NCBI GenBank assembly: GCA_002402585.1
Contig: DHGC01000054.1
Coordinates: forward strand, 10,972-74,971
From: Erysipelotrichaceae bacterium UBA4808
GTDB taxonomy: Bacteria > Bacillota_I > Bacilli_A > Erysipelotrichales > Erysipelotrichaceae
Reading direction: 5' to 3'
DNA length: 64,000 bases
Below, piece after piece: positions 9,033-18,708 of this stretch (its first letter is position 1; every line of letters starts with the position of its first letter). The notes beneath the pieces are model-generated. The model was not told the origin of the DNA, searched no databases, and saw only the letters and a program-made list of their open reading frames with translations. The position numbers were made by a program, and so were the translations under genes.

Positions 9033-10258
9033 CAATTCTTACCTCTGATTGTATATTGACCGATTAATTCGATCTTCTGTGCGATCGCTTCGATATCATT
9101 TTTACTGACATTTCGGATTGCTTTAATGGTTGCCTTCAAATTCAAATCATGTTGGGTATAACCTCTTTGGTACATGAAGTTCAAGTATGCATACGGTTCA
9201 TCAATCATGGACTCAAGTCCATTGATAAACATCTTTTGAGCTGTTTTTAACAAAGCTTGGCTAAATTTGCCTTTGGCCAGTTTGATTCTTTGTAACTCAA
9301 TCAACATCTCTACTTCATCCAAATCCTTATGATTGATCCCGGTTTGAATCGCCATCACACCATCAAAATTGAAGGAGCTCGCACTGATTGAGTAACACAA
9401 ACTACGCTTCTCGCGGATTTCCTGAAATAATAAGGAGTTTGGTAACTGACCCAACATGATCACATATAAACGCATGGCCAAATAATCTGGATCGTTGTAC
9501 GCCGTATGCGTCGCATACAGTTGCGTGAATGTCGTTTGACTAGTCTCTTTCTGAATCGTTGCCTTAAATGAATGACGTGGCTGGAAAACATAAGCTGACG
9601 GCAAGATATCTAGAGTTTGATTGAACGTCAATTGCTTTTGCAATTTCTTTTGATCCAAGCCTTTGAAATCACCCATGATAAGGATCATCGGCTGAACCTG
9701 TTTTAATAGCTCTTGATGATACGCTTTCAGTGCATCCAACTCAATGGATTCAATCACGTCGATGTTTCCTTGACTGAAAACGGCAAGTGGCGTATCTTTA
9801 CCAACGCCTTCACACACGCGAATGATGCCTAAATGGCTTGGCTTATCCTGGATACGCTTCAAACTAGCTATCAAATTCTTCTTTGCTTCACATAAACTGG
9901 CTTCATTTATCAAAGGGCGACGAACACAATCCATTAAGAATCGAGCAGCCTCTTGGATGTGTGGCTGATCGGTGTAACGTTCATTCAAAGTACGGATACG
10001 AATTTCGATGACATGAGCCGCTCCGAATGTCGTTGTCTTACTGCTGAGACTCAATCCGAAAAGTGCATCCATCTGATTTGACATCAGTTGTTTACTCGGA
10101 TACATCTCAGATCGATCACTCATCATGTAAGACAGTATGTTATTCATACTCACATTGGGCTCAACATTTTCTACCGCAAAGCGTATCGAAATGATCATAT
10201 CTTTGAATTTATCCGTATTGATCCAATTAAACGGTAAATCTTGCTTAATTTTAAACAT
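9032..10258 (-). CDS. M16 family peptidase-like protein lacking the HxxEH motif (YmfF-like, probably non-catalytic partner)
   Basis: It has insulinase-like length and layout, I see no HxxEH motif, and it is directly coupled to the active M16 gene. Confidence 0.7.
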   Translation of the reverse strand: MFKIKQDLPFNWINTDKFKDMIISIRFAVENVEPNVSMNNILSYMMSDRSEMYPSKQLMSNQMDALFGLSLSSKTTTFGAAHVIEIRIRTLNERYTDQPHIQEAARFLMDCVRRPLINEASLCEAKKNLIASLKRIQDKPSHLGIIRVCEGVGKDTPLAVFSQGNIDVIESIELDALKAYHQELLKQVQPMILIMGDFKGLDQKKLQKQLTFNQTLDILPSAYVFQPRHSFKATIQKETSQTTFTQLYATHTAYNDPDYLAMRLYVIMLGQLPNSLLFQEIREKRSLCYSISASSFNFDGVMAIQTGINHKDLDEVEMLIELQRIKLAKGKFSQALLKTAQKMFINGLESMIDEPYAYLNFMYQRGYTQHDLNLKATIKAIRNVSKNDIEAIAQKIELIGQYTIRGKN

Positions 10259-10281
10259 TGAAAACTCCTCTTCTTCTATCG

Positions 10282-10290
10282 TGATATAAT
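10282..10290 (+). promoter_or_regulatory. extended -10 promoter (TGATATAAT) for pncB
   Basis: The sequence gTGaTATAAT lies 48 nt upstream of the pncB ATG, with an AGGAAAA SD before the ATG. Confidence 0.4.
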
Positions 10291-10337
10291 GACTTCATAT
10301 GCATCATCATACCACAGAATAGGAAAACGCACTTAAT

Positions 10338-11780
10338 ATGGACTCTTTCAAACACTCTGCTTTACTTACCGATCTTTATGAATTCACAATGGCATATACC
10401 TACTTCAAACAAAATAGACATGAGGACATTGCATATTTTGATATGTTTGTACGTACGATTCCAAATCAAGGTGGTTACATCCTATTTAATGGTCTCAATC
10501 AATTGATTGATCAGATTAATAACTACACAATCACAGATGAGGATTGTGCCTATTTAAGATCCACAGGCTTCTTTGACGAAGAATTTCTAACATACTTAAG
10601 TAATCTTAAATTATGCTTAGACATTTGGGCGATCGAAGAAGGTACACCTGTATTTGCAAATGAGCCCTTGGTTACGGTACGTGGACCATTGCTACAGACG
10701 CAATTGATTGAAACACTCTTATTACTTAGTATCAACTATGCGACTTTGGTCACAACCAAAGCGCGGCGCATCGTTGAAGCTGCAAAACACCGTTCAGTTT
10801 TAGAGTTCGGTGTCCGTCGTGCTCAAGGCATTGATGCATCGGTTGAAGGTGCACGCGCAGCTTACATTGCGGGTGCGATTGGAACTTCGAATACCTTAGC
10901 TGGGCAGATCCATGGCATCCCTGTCTCTGGAACGATGGCCCATAGTTTTGTTCAAATGCACGAGAGTGAATATGAAGCTTTTTTGGAATATGTTAAGGTT
11001 CAACCAAATAATTCAGTATTGCTTGTGGATACCTATGACACTTTACATAGCGGTATCCCCAATGCGATCAAAGTAGCAAAAGATTATTTGATTCCGAACG
11101 GTTATCGCTTAAAAGGTATTCGCCTCGATAGTGGTGATTTGGCATATTTATCCAAAAAAGCACGCATCGCATTGGATGAGGCTGGATTACAGGATTGCAA
11201 GATCATTGCATCCAACTCATTAAGCGAAGACATCATTGATGATCTTCTCGTTCAAGATGCTCAAATCGATGTATTTGGCGTTGGAGAAAACTTGATTACT
11301 TCAAGCTCACACCCCGTATTGGGTGGTGTATACAAAGTTGTGGCGTATGAAAAGGATGAACAAATCATCCCCACCATCAAACTCAGTGAAAATATTGAAA
11401 AAATCACAAATCCTGGGTTTAAGAAGTTGATTCGTTTCTACGACAATGAATCCAATAAAGCCATTGGTGATTTGATTTGTTTAGCGGATGAAGTCATCCC
11501 ACTTGACACTTACACACTTTTCGATCCGATCGCGCCTTGGAAAAAGAAAGAAATTTCGAATTACCATTATAAACAACTGCAAAGACCCATATTTGTAAAT
11601 GGTAGTTGTGTCTATAGAGTAAAATCGACAGAAGAAACACGAAATTTCTGTACTGAACAGATGAATACCATATGGGATGAAGTTAAACGTTTGCGCTTTC
11701 CTCATAAATATTATGTCGACTTATCTGAAAACCTCTACAACTTGAAGAATGATCTCATTCAAAAAAATAAGAAGGCATAA
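10338..11780 (+). CDS. pncB: nicotinate phosphoribosyltransferase
   Basis: It is 480 aa with the N-terminus LLTDLYEFTMAYTYF and an internal GTMAHSFVQ, both typical of PncB. Confidence 0.9.
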   Translation: MDSFKHSALLTDLYEFTMAYTYFKQNRHEDIAYFDMFVRTIPNQGGYILFNGLNQLIDQINNYTITDEDCAYLRSTGFFDEEFLTYLSNLKLCLDIWAIEEGTPVFANEPLVTVRGPLLQTQLIETLLLLSINYATLVTTKARRIVEAAKHRSVLEFGVRRAQGIDASVEGARAAYIAGAIGTSNTLAGQIHGIPVSGTMAHSFVQMHESEYEAFLEYVKVQPNNSVLLVDTYDTLHSGIPNAIKVAKDYLIPNGYRLKGIRLDSGDLAYLSKKARIALDEAGLQDCKIIASNSLSEDIIDDLLVQDAQIDVFGVGENLITSSSHPVLGGVYKVVAYEKDEQIIPTIKLSENIEKITNPGFKKLIRFYDNESNKAIGDLICLADEVIPLDTYTLFDPIAPWKKKEISNYHYKQLQRPIFVNGSCVYRVKSTEETRNFCTEQMNTIWDEVKRLRFPHKYYVDLSENLYNLKNDLIQKNKKA

Positions 11781-11792
11781 TGCCTTCTTATC
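11766..11792. terminator. bidirectional intrinsic terminator shared by convergent pncB and the ABC permease gene
   Basis: A hairpin AAGAAGGCA-taa-TGCCTTCTT is flanked by an A-run upstream and a T-run downstream. Both stop codons lie in or next to the stem. Confidence 0.6.
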
Positions 11793-12744
11793 TTTTTCCT
11801 GGATCGTAGGGTTCGCCCGCTGCCTTTGGCGCAGCTGATTCTTTAGATGTGAATGTCAAGACGATCAGTGTCGCAACATAAGGAACGATTTGATAGAAAT
11901 ACTTAGGTATGCCTAGACTCATAAAGAAATTTAAACCACTTGAATTCGAAATCGTTTGCATCAAACCGAAGAAAGCAGCTGCAAGAACGATTTTCGATGG
12001 ACGCCATTGACCAAAGATCAACACTGCCAAGGCTAAGAAACCATATCCGGATACGACACCCGTGTACTCAACCGTACTGGGCACAATCAGAATCAAACCA
12101 CCCATTCCAGCTAAGGCACCGGAAATCAAGACTCCGATATAGCGCATGCGATTGACATTGATGCCCACCGAATCAGCTGCTTGAGGATGTTCTCCACATG
12201 CACGTAGACGTAAACCAAAACGTGTTTTAAAGAGAACATAAGATGAAATAAACAAGATACCAAAGCCAATAAAGGTTGTGATATACGTGTTCGTGAATAG
12301 AATTGGACCTAAGAACGGAATGTCTGACAGAAATGGAATCGAAGGAATTCGATAGATGTTATTGAACTTGACCCCTTCTACGCCATTGGGTGTCACGATT
12401 CGAGCAACAAAGACATGGAAGGATGTCGCAAACAGATTCAAAGCGGTACCACTGATGACTTGATTCGCTTTTAGATTAACCGATGCGTATGCATGAAGTA
12501 ATGAGAAGATGGCTCCACTTATCAAAGCAACAATCAACGCCGCAATCAACATTATTTGTGGTGGAAACAAATTTGGAAAGAAATACATGAAGAAGATGCC
12601 AATCGAAGCTCCAAAAACCATGATTCCTTCTAAAGCAATATTTACAATCCCACTTCGTTCAGAGAACATGCCACCCAAAGCCACAACTGTAAGTGGAATC
12701 ATATATGGAATCATATTTTTAAGTAAAAATAATAGCGTATCCAT
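11788..12744 (-). CDS. nucleoside (BMP-family) ABC transporter permease, YufQ/NupQ-like
   Basis: It is a polytopic membrane protein and the last gene of a lipoprotein-ATPase-permease-permease operon. It overlaps the upstream stop by 1 nt. Confidence 0.85.
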   Translation of the reverse strand: MDTLLFLLKNMIPYMIPLTVVALGGMFSERSGIVNIALEGIMVFGASIGIFFMYFFPNLFPPQIMLIAALIVALISGAIFSLLHAYASVNLKANQVISGTALNLFATSFHVFVARIVTPNGVEGVKFNNIYRIPSIPFLSDIPFLGPILFTNTYITTFIGFGILFISSYVLFKTRFGLRLRACGEHPQAADSVGINVNRMRYIGVLISGALAGMGGLILIVPSTVEYTGVVSGYGFLALAVLIFGQWRPSKIVLAAAFFGLMQTISNSSGLNFFMSLGIPKYFYQIVPYVATLIVLTFTSKESAAPKAAGEPYDPGKR

Positions 12745-13832
12745 TATTTGACCTCCTTCTTGCTGAACAACTTGTGAATTTTGTCTCTGAACAGAAGTGA
12801 AAACGCACTGGCATAAATGATTGTGGACGTCATGATGCGAATAACCTCATCATTGAATCCAGCTCTTGATAAAGATGAACCCGCATTGCGCAACATACTG
12901 ATGAAAAAGCTCGAGAAGATGATGCCAAGTGGATTACTTAAACCCAAAAGCGCAACTGAAATTCCATCAAAGCCTTCTCTTTGAAGGACCAAGGATTGAT
13001 CGAAAACCTTCGTGATGCTTGAGACATAGACAAGTGCACCACCAAGACCAGACAAAGCACCCGCGATGGTCATCGATAAGATAATGCCCTTTTTGTCATT
13101 GATGCCAGCATAACGTGCAGCTTCACGATTGAAGCCGCAAGCTTTGAGCTCATAACCAAAACTCGTCTTTTCTAGAACAATATAGATGACAATCGCAACC
13201 GCAATCGCAATGAAGATTCCAAAATCCACGGTGTTAACACCAAACAGCTTATCCAAACCAAAGGTAGGAATACGGCTTAGCGGTACTTGAGAACGTGATG
13301 GATTAAAGCGATCTTTGATTGTAAAGACCAAATTACTAACTGTGATCATACCGATATAATTCAACATAATTGATGATATTACTTCATTCACATTTCGATA
13401 AGCCTTGAGAACGCCACTGATCATTCCCCAGAAACCACCGACGACAACCGCTCCTAAAAGTGCAACGATCCAAAGCAATTCCAGAGGAATAAAAGTCCAA
13501 CGAATGGCAATATAAGCAGCCGCAAATCCGCCCATGACGAATTGTCCAGCAGCACCAATATTGAATAAACCCGTTTTAAACGCAAAACCAACCGATAAAC
13601 CTGTTAATAAAACCGGTGTCGTATAGCGAAGTATGATGCCAAAGCCTTTGATGCCGTTGTAACGCATTCCACCCGTAATGATGGTGATAAAGCCTTCAAT
13701 AGGATTCGTAGCTTGCGTCTTGATGCTTGCTGCAAACAGTAGAATCAAGAACCCAAAAATGAAACCAATTAGGATTGCGGTCAAAGAGGCAAGAATTTTT
13801 TGGACATTTTCATTTAAGATGAACTTTTTCAT
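12744..13832 (-). CDS. nucleoside (BMP-family) ABC transporter permease, YufP/NupP-like
   Basis: It is a polytopic membrane protein with an ATGA overlap to the ATPase gene. Confidence 0.85.
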   Translation of the reverse strand: MKKFILNENVQKILASLTAILIGFIFGFLILLFAASIKTQATNPIEGFITIITGGMRYNGIKGFGIILRYTTPVLLTGLSVGFAFKTGLFNIGAAGQFVMGGFAAAYIAIRWTFIPLELLWIVALLGAVVVGGFWGMISGVLKAYRNVNEVISSIMLNYIGMITVSNLVFTIKDRFNPSRSQVPLSRIPTFGLDKLFGVNTVDFGIFIAIAVAIVIYIVLEKTSFGYELKACGFNREAARYAGINDKKGIILSMTIAGALSGLGGALVYVSSITKVFDQSLVLQREGFDGISVALLGLSNPLGIIFSSFFISMLRNAGSSLSRAGFNDEVIRIMTSTIIYASAFSLLFRDKIHKLFSKKEVK

Positions 13833-15355
13833 TCAAGTACCTCACGTTTGGAACCAGACATATATAAACCCAATTCCTGTTGAGACACAACAGCTGGATC
13901 TGCTTGTCCGACCAATTCACCTTCATAGATCACAAGGATGCGATCACTTACACTCATGACTTCAGAGAGTTCAAGCGAAACCAAAAGAATCGCCTTACCT
14001 TTATCACGATGTTCAATCAATATTCTGTGAATGTATTCAATCGCCCCAACATCTAAACCACGCGTTGGTTGAACTGCGATCAACACATCTGGATGTGTTT
14101 CAAGCTCACGTGCAACAATCGCTTTTTGTTGATTACCACCCGACATGCTTCGTGCGATTGAATGAGCTCCACCCCCGCTTCGAATATCGTAACGCTCAAT
14201 CAATTCATCCGCATTGTCATAGATCTTTTTAAACTTCAAAAAACCCTTTGTTTGGAACTTATTTGTGTGATAATCTTGTAAAATTAAATTTTCAGCCAAA
14301 TTGTAATCCAAAACCAAGCCATGTTTATGACGATCTTCGGGAATGTGTGCCATTCCCTTCACATTACGGTGACGGATTGAACTATTGGTGATGTCTTCAC
14401 CTTTATAGATAATCTGCCCACTGGATACTTTCTCAAGTCCAGTCAAAGCATAAACCAAATCTGTTTGACCATTTCCTTCAATACCTGCAATGCACAGTAT
14501 TTCACCACGATGCAGCTTAAAGCTTACATCGTTGACTTTGTTCTTACCATGCGTTTTCGATTTGACCACAAGATTCTTAACTTCTAAAACAACCTCTTTG
14601 GGTTGTGCAGGTGTTTTTTCAACTTCCAACAATACTTTACGGCCTACCATTAATTCCGAAAGCGTTTCCTTACTGCTCACATCCACATCAACGGTATCAA
14701 TATATTTACCCTTACGTAAAATCGTGACGCGATCTGCCACAGCTTTGATTTCATTCAATTTATGCGTAATAAAAATAATGGTCTTCCCTTCCGCAACCAA
14801 GTCTTTCATAATTTTCATCAGCTCATCGATTTCTTGTGGTGTTAATACAGCTGTGGGTTCATCGAAGATTAAAAGATCATTTTCACGATATAGCATCTTC
14901 AAGATTTCAACACGTTGTTGCATACCAACACTTATATCAGAAATCAAAGCGTCTGGCTCAATAAAAAGACTATACTTTTGTGATAGCTCAATAACTCTCT
15001 GACGAGCTTCATCCATAAGTAAACGGCCATATTTAACGCTCTCGACACCGAGAATGACATTCTCTAAAACAGTAAAATTATGTACTAATTTAAAATGTTG
15101 ATGAACCATGCCGATTCCATAACGATTGGCATCATTCGGACTCTTAATCGAAACTTCTTCACCATTGATGATGATCTTTCCTTTTTCAGGTTTATACAAA
15201 CCAAATAACACACTCATCAATGTCGATTTCCCCGCACCGTTTTCCCCTAACAACGCATGGATCTCACCTTTTTTGACTTTCAAATCAATATCGTCATTGG
15301 CGATGATACCAGGAAAAATTTTAGTAATGCCTTGCATCTCAATTACATATTCCAT
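13829..15355 (-). CDS. ABC transporter ATP-binding protein with two fused ATPase domains (YufO/NupO-like)
   Basis: It has Walker A GENGAGKST, two signature motifs (SVGMQQRVEI, SGGNQQKAIV), and the 508 aa duplicated architecture typical of sugar/nucleoside importers. Confidence 0.9.
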   Translation of the reverse strand: MEYVIEMQGITKIFPGIIANDDIDLKVKKGEIHALLGENGAGKSTLMSVLFGLYKPEKGKIIINGEEVSIKSPNDANRYGIGMVHQHFKLVHNFTVLENVILGVESVKYGRLLMDEARQRVIELSQKYSLFIEPDALISDISVGMQQRVEILKMLYRENDLLIFDEPTAVLTPQEIDELMKIMKDLVAEGKTIIFITHKLNEIKAVADRVTILRKGKYIDTVDVDVSSKETLSELMVGRKVLLEVEKTPAQPKEVVLEVKNLVVKSKTHGKNKVNDVSFKLHRGEILCIAGIEGNGQTDLVYALTGLEKVSSGQIIYKGEDITNSSIRHRNVKGMAHIPEDRHKHGLVLDYNLAENLILQDYHTNKFQTKGFLKFKKIYDNADELIERYDIRSGGGAHSIARSMSGGNQQKAIVARELETHPDVLIAVQPTRGLDVGAIEYIHRILIEHRDKGKAILLVSLELSEVMSVSDRILVIYEGELVGQADPAVVSQQELGLYMSGSKREVLE

Positions 15356-15403
15356 TTCATTACTCCTTCAGGGAAATTATACATTAATCGTCTCTGAAGT
15401 GAC

Positions 15404-15431
15404 AGAAAAAAAGGTGGATTGCTCCACCTTT
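15404..15431 (-). terminator. intrinsic terminator/attenuator between the binding-lipoprotein gene and the ATPase gene
   Basis: A hairpin AAGGTGGA-ttgc-TCCACCTT is followed on the minus strand by TTTTTTTCTG. Confidence 0.6.
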
Positions 15432-15436
15432 ACTGT

Positions 15437-16522
15437 TTATTCAGCTCCGATTAAGGTAACTGTAGTTTTCGTAACTGCTAAGTCGTTGACGGATGCAGCA
15501 TCCTTAACAACAACAACTTCACCGCTGACCAACTTAGCGAAGATCGCATCGTAATCAGCTTGTGTGAATGTCGAGAAACGAGAGAAATCAGCAGGTAAAC
15601 CAACACCACCTACCGTAACATCTAAAGTGTCGATTACGCCACCTTTGAAGTTGCCAGCATAGAGGTCAGTCAAAGCCAATTCTACAGAAGAGGTCAAGCC
15701 CTTCATAGCAGAAGTGATAACGGAGTCAGAAAGATTGGATTGATCAACGTCAACGCCGATAACTTTCTTGTCAGCTTCTTCAGCAGCTGCCATGACGGAC
15801 AAACCAGCTCCACCAGCAGCAACGAAGATCACTTCAACACCTTCAGAATACCAACCAGAAGCCTTGACTTGGTGGTTGTTATCTGGTGCAAAACTGTTCA
15901 AGTATTCATATTTGATTGTAACATCAACGCCCAATTCAACAGCTGCCATTTCAGCGCCTTGAACGAAACCATGGCCGAAACGAACAACAGCTGGAACAGC
16001 CATACCACCCATGAACCCTAAGTTGGTCAAGCCATCTTTAACAGCAGCATAACCAGCCAAGAAACCGGATTGTTCTTCAGCATAATAAATCGAGTAAACA
16101 TTGCTCTCAATTTTGAAAGCAGAATAATCATCTGTATGTGGATCTGCATCCAACAAGATGAAATTAACTTCAGGATACATTGTTTGAGCTTCATAAATCG
16201 CACCAGCAAACATGAAACCAGGTGTTACAACAACCTTAGCTCCACCATCGATTGCCAATGTGATCGCTTCAATATAGTCAGCAGTAGATGCAGCAGCTGG
16301 TTGGTAATATTGGTATGTCAAGCCGTTCGCTTCAGCATATGCAACAACACCTTCCCAAGCACCTTGGTTAAAGGACTTGTCATCGATCGTACCGATATCG
16401 GTAACCAAACCAATTTCGTAACCTTTTTCTTCTTCTACCACTGCTGGTTCATCGCTGCTACAAGCAGTCAAAGTACCGAGTGTTAGAAGAACGAGTGTAA
16501 ACAGAATAAATAACTTCTTCAT
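15437..16522 (-). CDS. BMP-family (PnrA/TmpC-like) nucleoside-binding lipoprotein
   Basis: It has a signal peptide with the lipobox LTAC (MKKLFILFTLVLLTLGTLTACSS) and a BMP-family body (GLVTDIGTIDDKSFNQGAWEG). GGAGGAA SD precedes the ATG. Confidence 0.9.
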   Translation of the reverse strand: MKKLFILFTLVLLTLGTLTACSSDEPAVVEEEKGYEIGLVTDIGTIDDKSFNQGAWEGVVAYAEANGLTYQYYQPAAASTADYIEAITLAIDGGAKVVVTPGFMFAGAIYEAQTMYPEVNFILLDADPHTDDYSAFKIESNVYSIYYAEEQSGFLAGYAAVKDGLTNLGFMGGMAVPAVVRFGHGFVQGAEMAAVELGVDVTIKYEYLNSFAPDNNHQVKASGWYSEGVEVIFVAAGGAGLSVMAAAEEADKKVIGVDVDQSNLSDSVITSAMKGLTSSVELALTDLYAGNFKGGVIDTLDVTVGGVGLPADFSRFSTFTQADYDAIFAKLVSGEVVVVKDAASVNDLAVTKTTVTLIGAE

Positions 16523-16601
16523 CTATGTTCCTCCATTGTAGTAAAACTACAGTTTAAGTTTATGCAAATTGACCCTATAAGTCAAATAGAACCGCTATTT
16601 C

Positions 16602-18707
16602 TCAAGCCTTATGTGAATACACATCCCTTGGCTTACTACCCTGCGCAGGACCAACAATCCCTTGTTGTTCCAACATATCAATCAAGCGAGCAGCACGATT
16701 GTACCCTAAACCAAATCGTCTTTGAATGTTCGAAGTGGATGCACGTTGCGTCTCAATCACGTACTGTTTGACTTCTTCAAAGATGGGATCATCAAAAGCC
16801 AACTGTCCATTTTGAGTGCCTTCAGGATCACTTAGATTTAAAAACGCATCATCAAATTGCGGTTTCTGTCCCTTTGATACAAAATCCGTTATTCTACGAA
16901 TTTCTTCATCATTGATGTAAACCCCTTGAACACGAATTGGAGCTGGTTCCCCTACTGGGAAAAACAACATATCTCCATAACCTAACAAACGTTCAGCCCC
17001 AACACCATCCAAAATGACACGAGAATCAATTCCACTAGAAACCGCAAAAGCAATACGTGATGGAATGTTCGCCTTGATGATACCCGTGATGACATCTGTA
17101 CTTGGACGTTGTGTTGCGACGATCAAATGAATCCCAGCAGCACGAGCCAACTGTGTGATCCGTTGGATACTTCCTTCTACATCTTTGCCAGCAACGATCA
17201 TCAAATCTGCCAACTCGTCAATGATGACTACAATCCAAGGCATTGGATTCAAACTTGGATCTGTTTTCTTAGCAAGCAGTTCATTGTAACTTTGAATATT
17301 ACGAACACCAATGTTTGAGAAGACTTCATAACGATTTTCCATCATCGACACAATAACTTTTAACGCTCTTGCTGCTTCAGCAGCATCACTGATGACAGGT
17401 GAAATGAGGTGCGGAATCTTATGATACGGTGTAAATTCAACCTTCTTAGGATCAATTAACACCATTTTTAATTCATCTGGTGTTGTTCTTAATAAATAAT
17501 TAATGATGATCGAGTTGACACAAACCGACTTACCGCTCCCTGTCGCTCCTGCAATGAGTAAGTGTGGCATCTTATCCAACTCAGTAAAAACTGATTTACC
17601 CATCAAGTCTTTTCCTAAAGGAAACAACAATTTCTTTGACAATTTATCTGCTGGAACATCCTTCATCAGTTCAATCATTCGAACGGGAACCATCTCGATA
17701 TTAGGTATTTCAACACCCACCGCATTCCGTCCCGGAATTGGAGCCTCTAAGCGAAGCTCTTTCGCCGAAAGCTCCATCTTGATATTGTCTTGTAGCGATG
17801 CAATCTTAGATATCTTAACATTGCTTTCAGGTCTGACTTCAAATTTAGTAACAGCTGGTCCAATATGAGTCCCAACAAGACTTGCAGTTACCCCAAACTC
17901 ACCAAGGATTTCGATCAATTTTTTTCCTTTTTGACTTGCCGCAACACTATTCGCATTGGATTTTGATTTAATTGCGACTTCGTCTAAAAGACTTAGACTT
18001 GGTATTGCATAGTTTCCACCGGAGACATGAATCGTAGCAGCTGATTTTGTTTTGATCTCAGGTTCCAAGGCTTTAACCTTAGGATGAGCTTTTGGTTCAT
18101 CGGGTGTCAAGAAGACAGTTCGAGAGGTACTGACTTGAGGTTCATCAATATAATTGACTTCCCTCTTACCATGATTCATTCGCATCAGCTTGATTTTGGT
18201 CTTAAGCCAACTAAAATCCACATTCATCATGATCAAGGCAAGATAACCGATAATCAAGACAAACAATGTTCCCAAACGATCAAACAAAGTTGTGAAGAAA
18301 GCATATAAGCCTACACCGAAAACCCCACCATGTGAAGGAAATTTATCAAAAAAGATAAAATTAATTTGATTTAACCAAGTACTAAACAAACCAAAACCCA
18401 CATCACTAATTTCATAGCTGATGTAGGTACTTGTCAAGATAATTAAGACGATGCTTAATATGCTCATCAATGCATACTTCAATGAAAGATGGAAATGCTT
18501 ACGATTGAAAATACGATAGATGGCATAAGCACCCAAGCCAAAATAGACAAGGTCACGGCGCACACCAAACAAAACATTCATGATACGATCGAAATAGACA
18601 CCAATGACACCTAAACGTTGAAACGCAATAAAAATCAATGCTAATCCAATGAGTGCAATGAGTATGACCTGACTATGTTTGAAACTAACTTTCTTTTTAC
18701 GAGGCAT
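16602..18707 (-). CDS. ftsK: DNA translocase FtsK/SpoIIIE
   Basis: It has N-terminal TM segments, Walker A GATGSGKS, and a C-terminal winged-helix gamma domain (QRASTSNIQRRFGLGYNRAARLIDMLE). Confidence 0.9.
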   Translation of the reverse strand: MPRKKKVSFKHSQVILIALIGLALIFIAFQRLGVIGVYFDRIMNVLFGVRRDLVYFGLGAYAIYRIFNRKHFHLSLKYALMSILSIVLIILTSTYISYEISDVGFGLFSTWLNQINFIFFDKFPSHGGVFGVGLYAFFTTLFDRLGTLFVLIIGYLALIMMNVDFSWLKTKIKLMRMNHGKREVNYIDEPQVSTSRTVFLTPDEPKAHPKVKALEPEIKTKSAATIHVSGGNYAIPSLSLLDEVAIKSKSNANSVAASQKGKKLIEILGEFGVTASLVGTHIGPAVTKFEVRPESNVKISKIASLQDNIKMELSAKELRLEAPIPGRNAVGVEIPNIEMVPVRMIELMKDVPADKLSKKLLFPLGKDLMGKSVFTELDKMPHLLIAGATGSGKSVCVNSIIINYLLRTTPDELKMVLIDPKKVEFTPYHKIPHLISPVISDAAEAARALKVIVSMMENRYEVFSNIGVRNIQSYNELLAKKTDPSLNPMPWIVVIIDELADLMIVAGKDVEGSIQRITQLARAAGIHLIVATQRPSTDVITGIIKANIPSRIAFAVSSGIDSRVILDGVGAERLLGYGDMLFFPVGEPAPIRVQGVYINDEEIRRITDFVSKGQKPQFDDAFLNLSDPEGTQNGQLAFDDPIFEEVKQYVIETQRASTSNIQRRFGLGYNRAARLIDMLEQQGIVGPAQGSKPRDVYSHKA

Positions 18708-18708
18708 A

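Noticed and set aside
7749-10258. The M16 peptidase pair as a RiPP/bacteriocin maturation protease system.
   Set aside because: No precursor peptide, radical-SAM maturase or dedicated exporter lies adjacent. The active plus inactive pair matches the widespread housekeeping YmfF/YmfH arrangement.
14490-16486. Antisense ORFs of 170, 142, 138, 93 and 64 aa inside the ABC ATPase and BMP lipoprotein genes.
   Set aside because: They oppose strongly recognisable genes, have low-complexity Ser/Thr/Ile-rich translations, and have no ribosome-binding sites. These are typical shadow ORFs.
16523-16601. A purine/nucleoside riboswitch upstream of the nucleoside ABC operon.
   Set aside because: The gap is only 79 nt and contains just a promoter-like TTGACT-17-TAAACT and a short hairpin. 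There is no purine-riboswitch core sequence.
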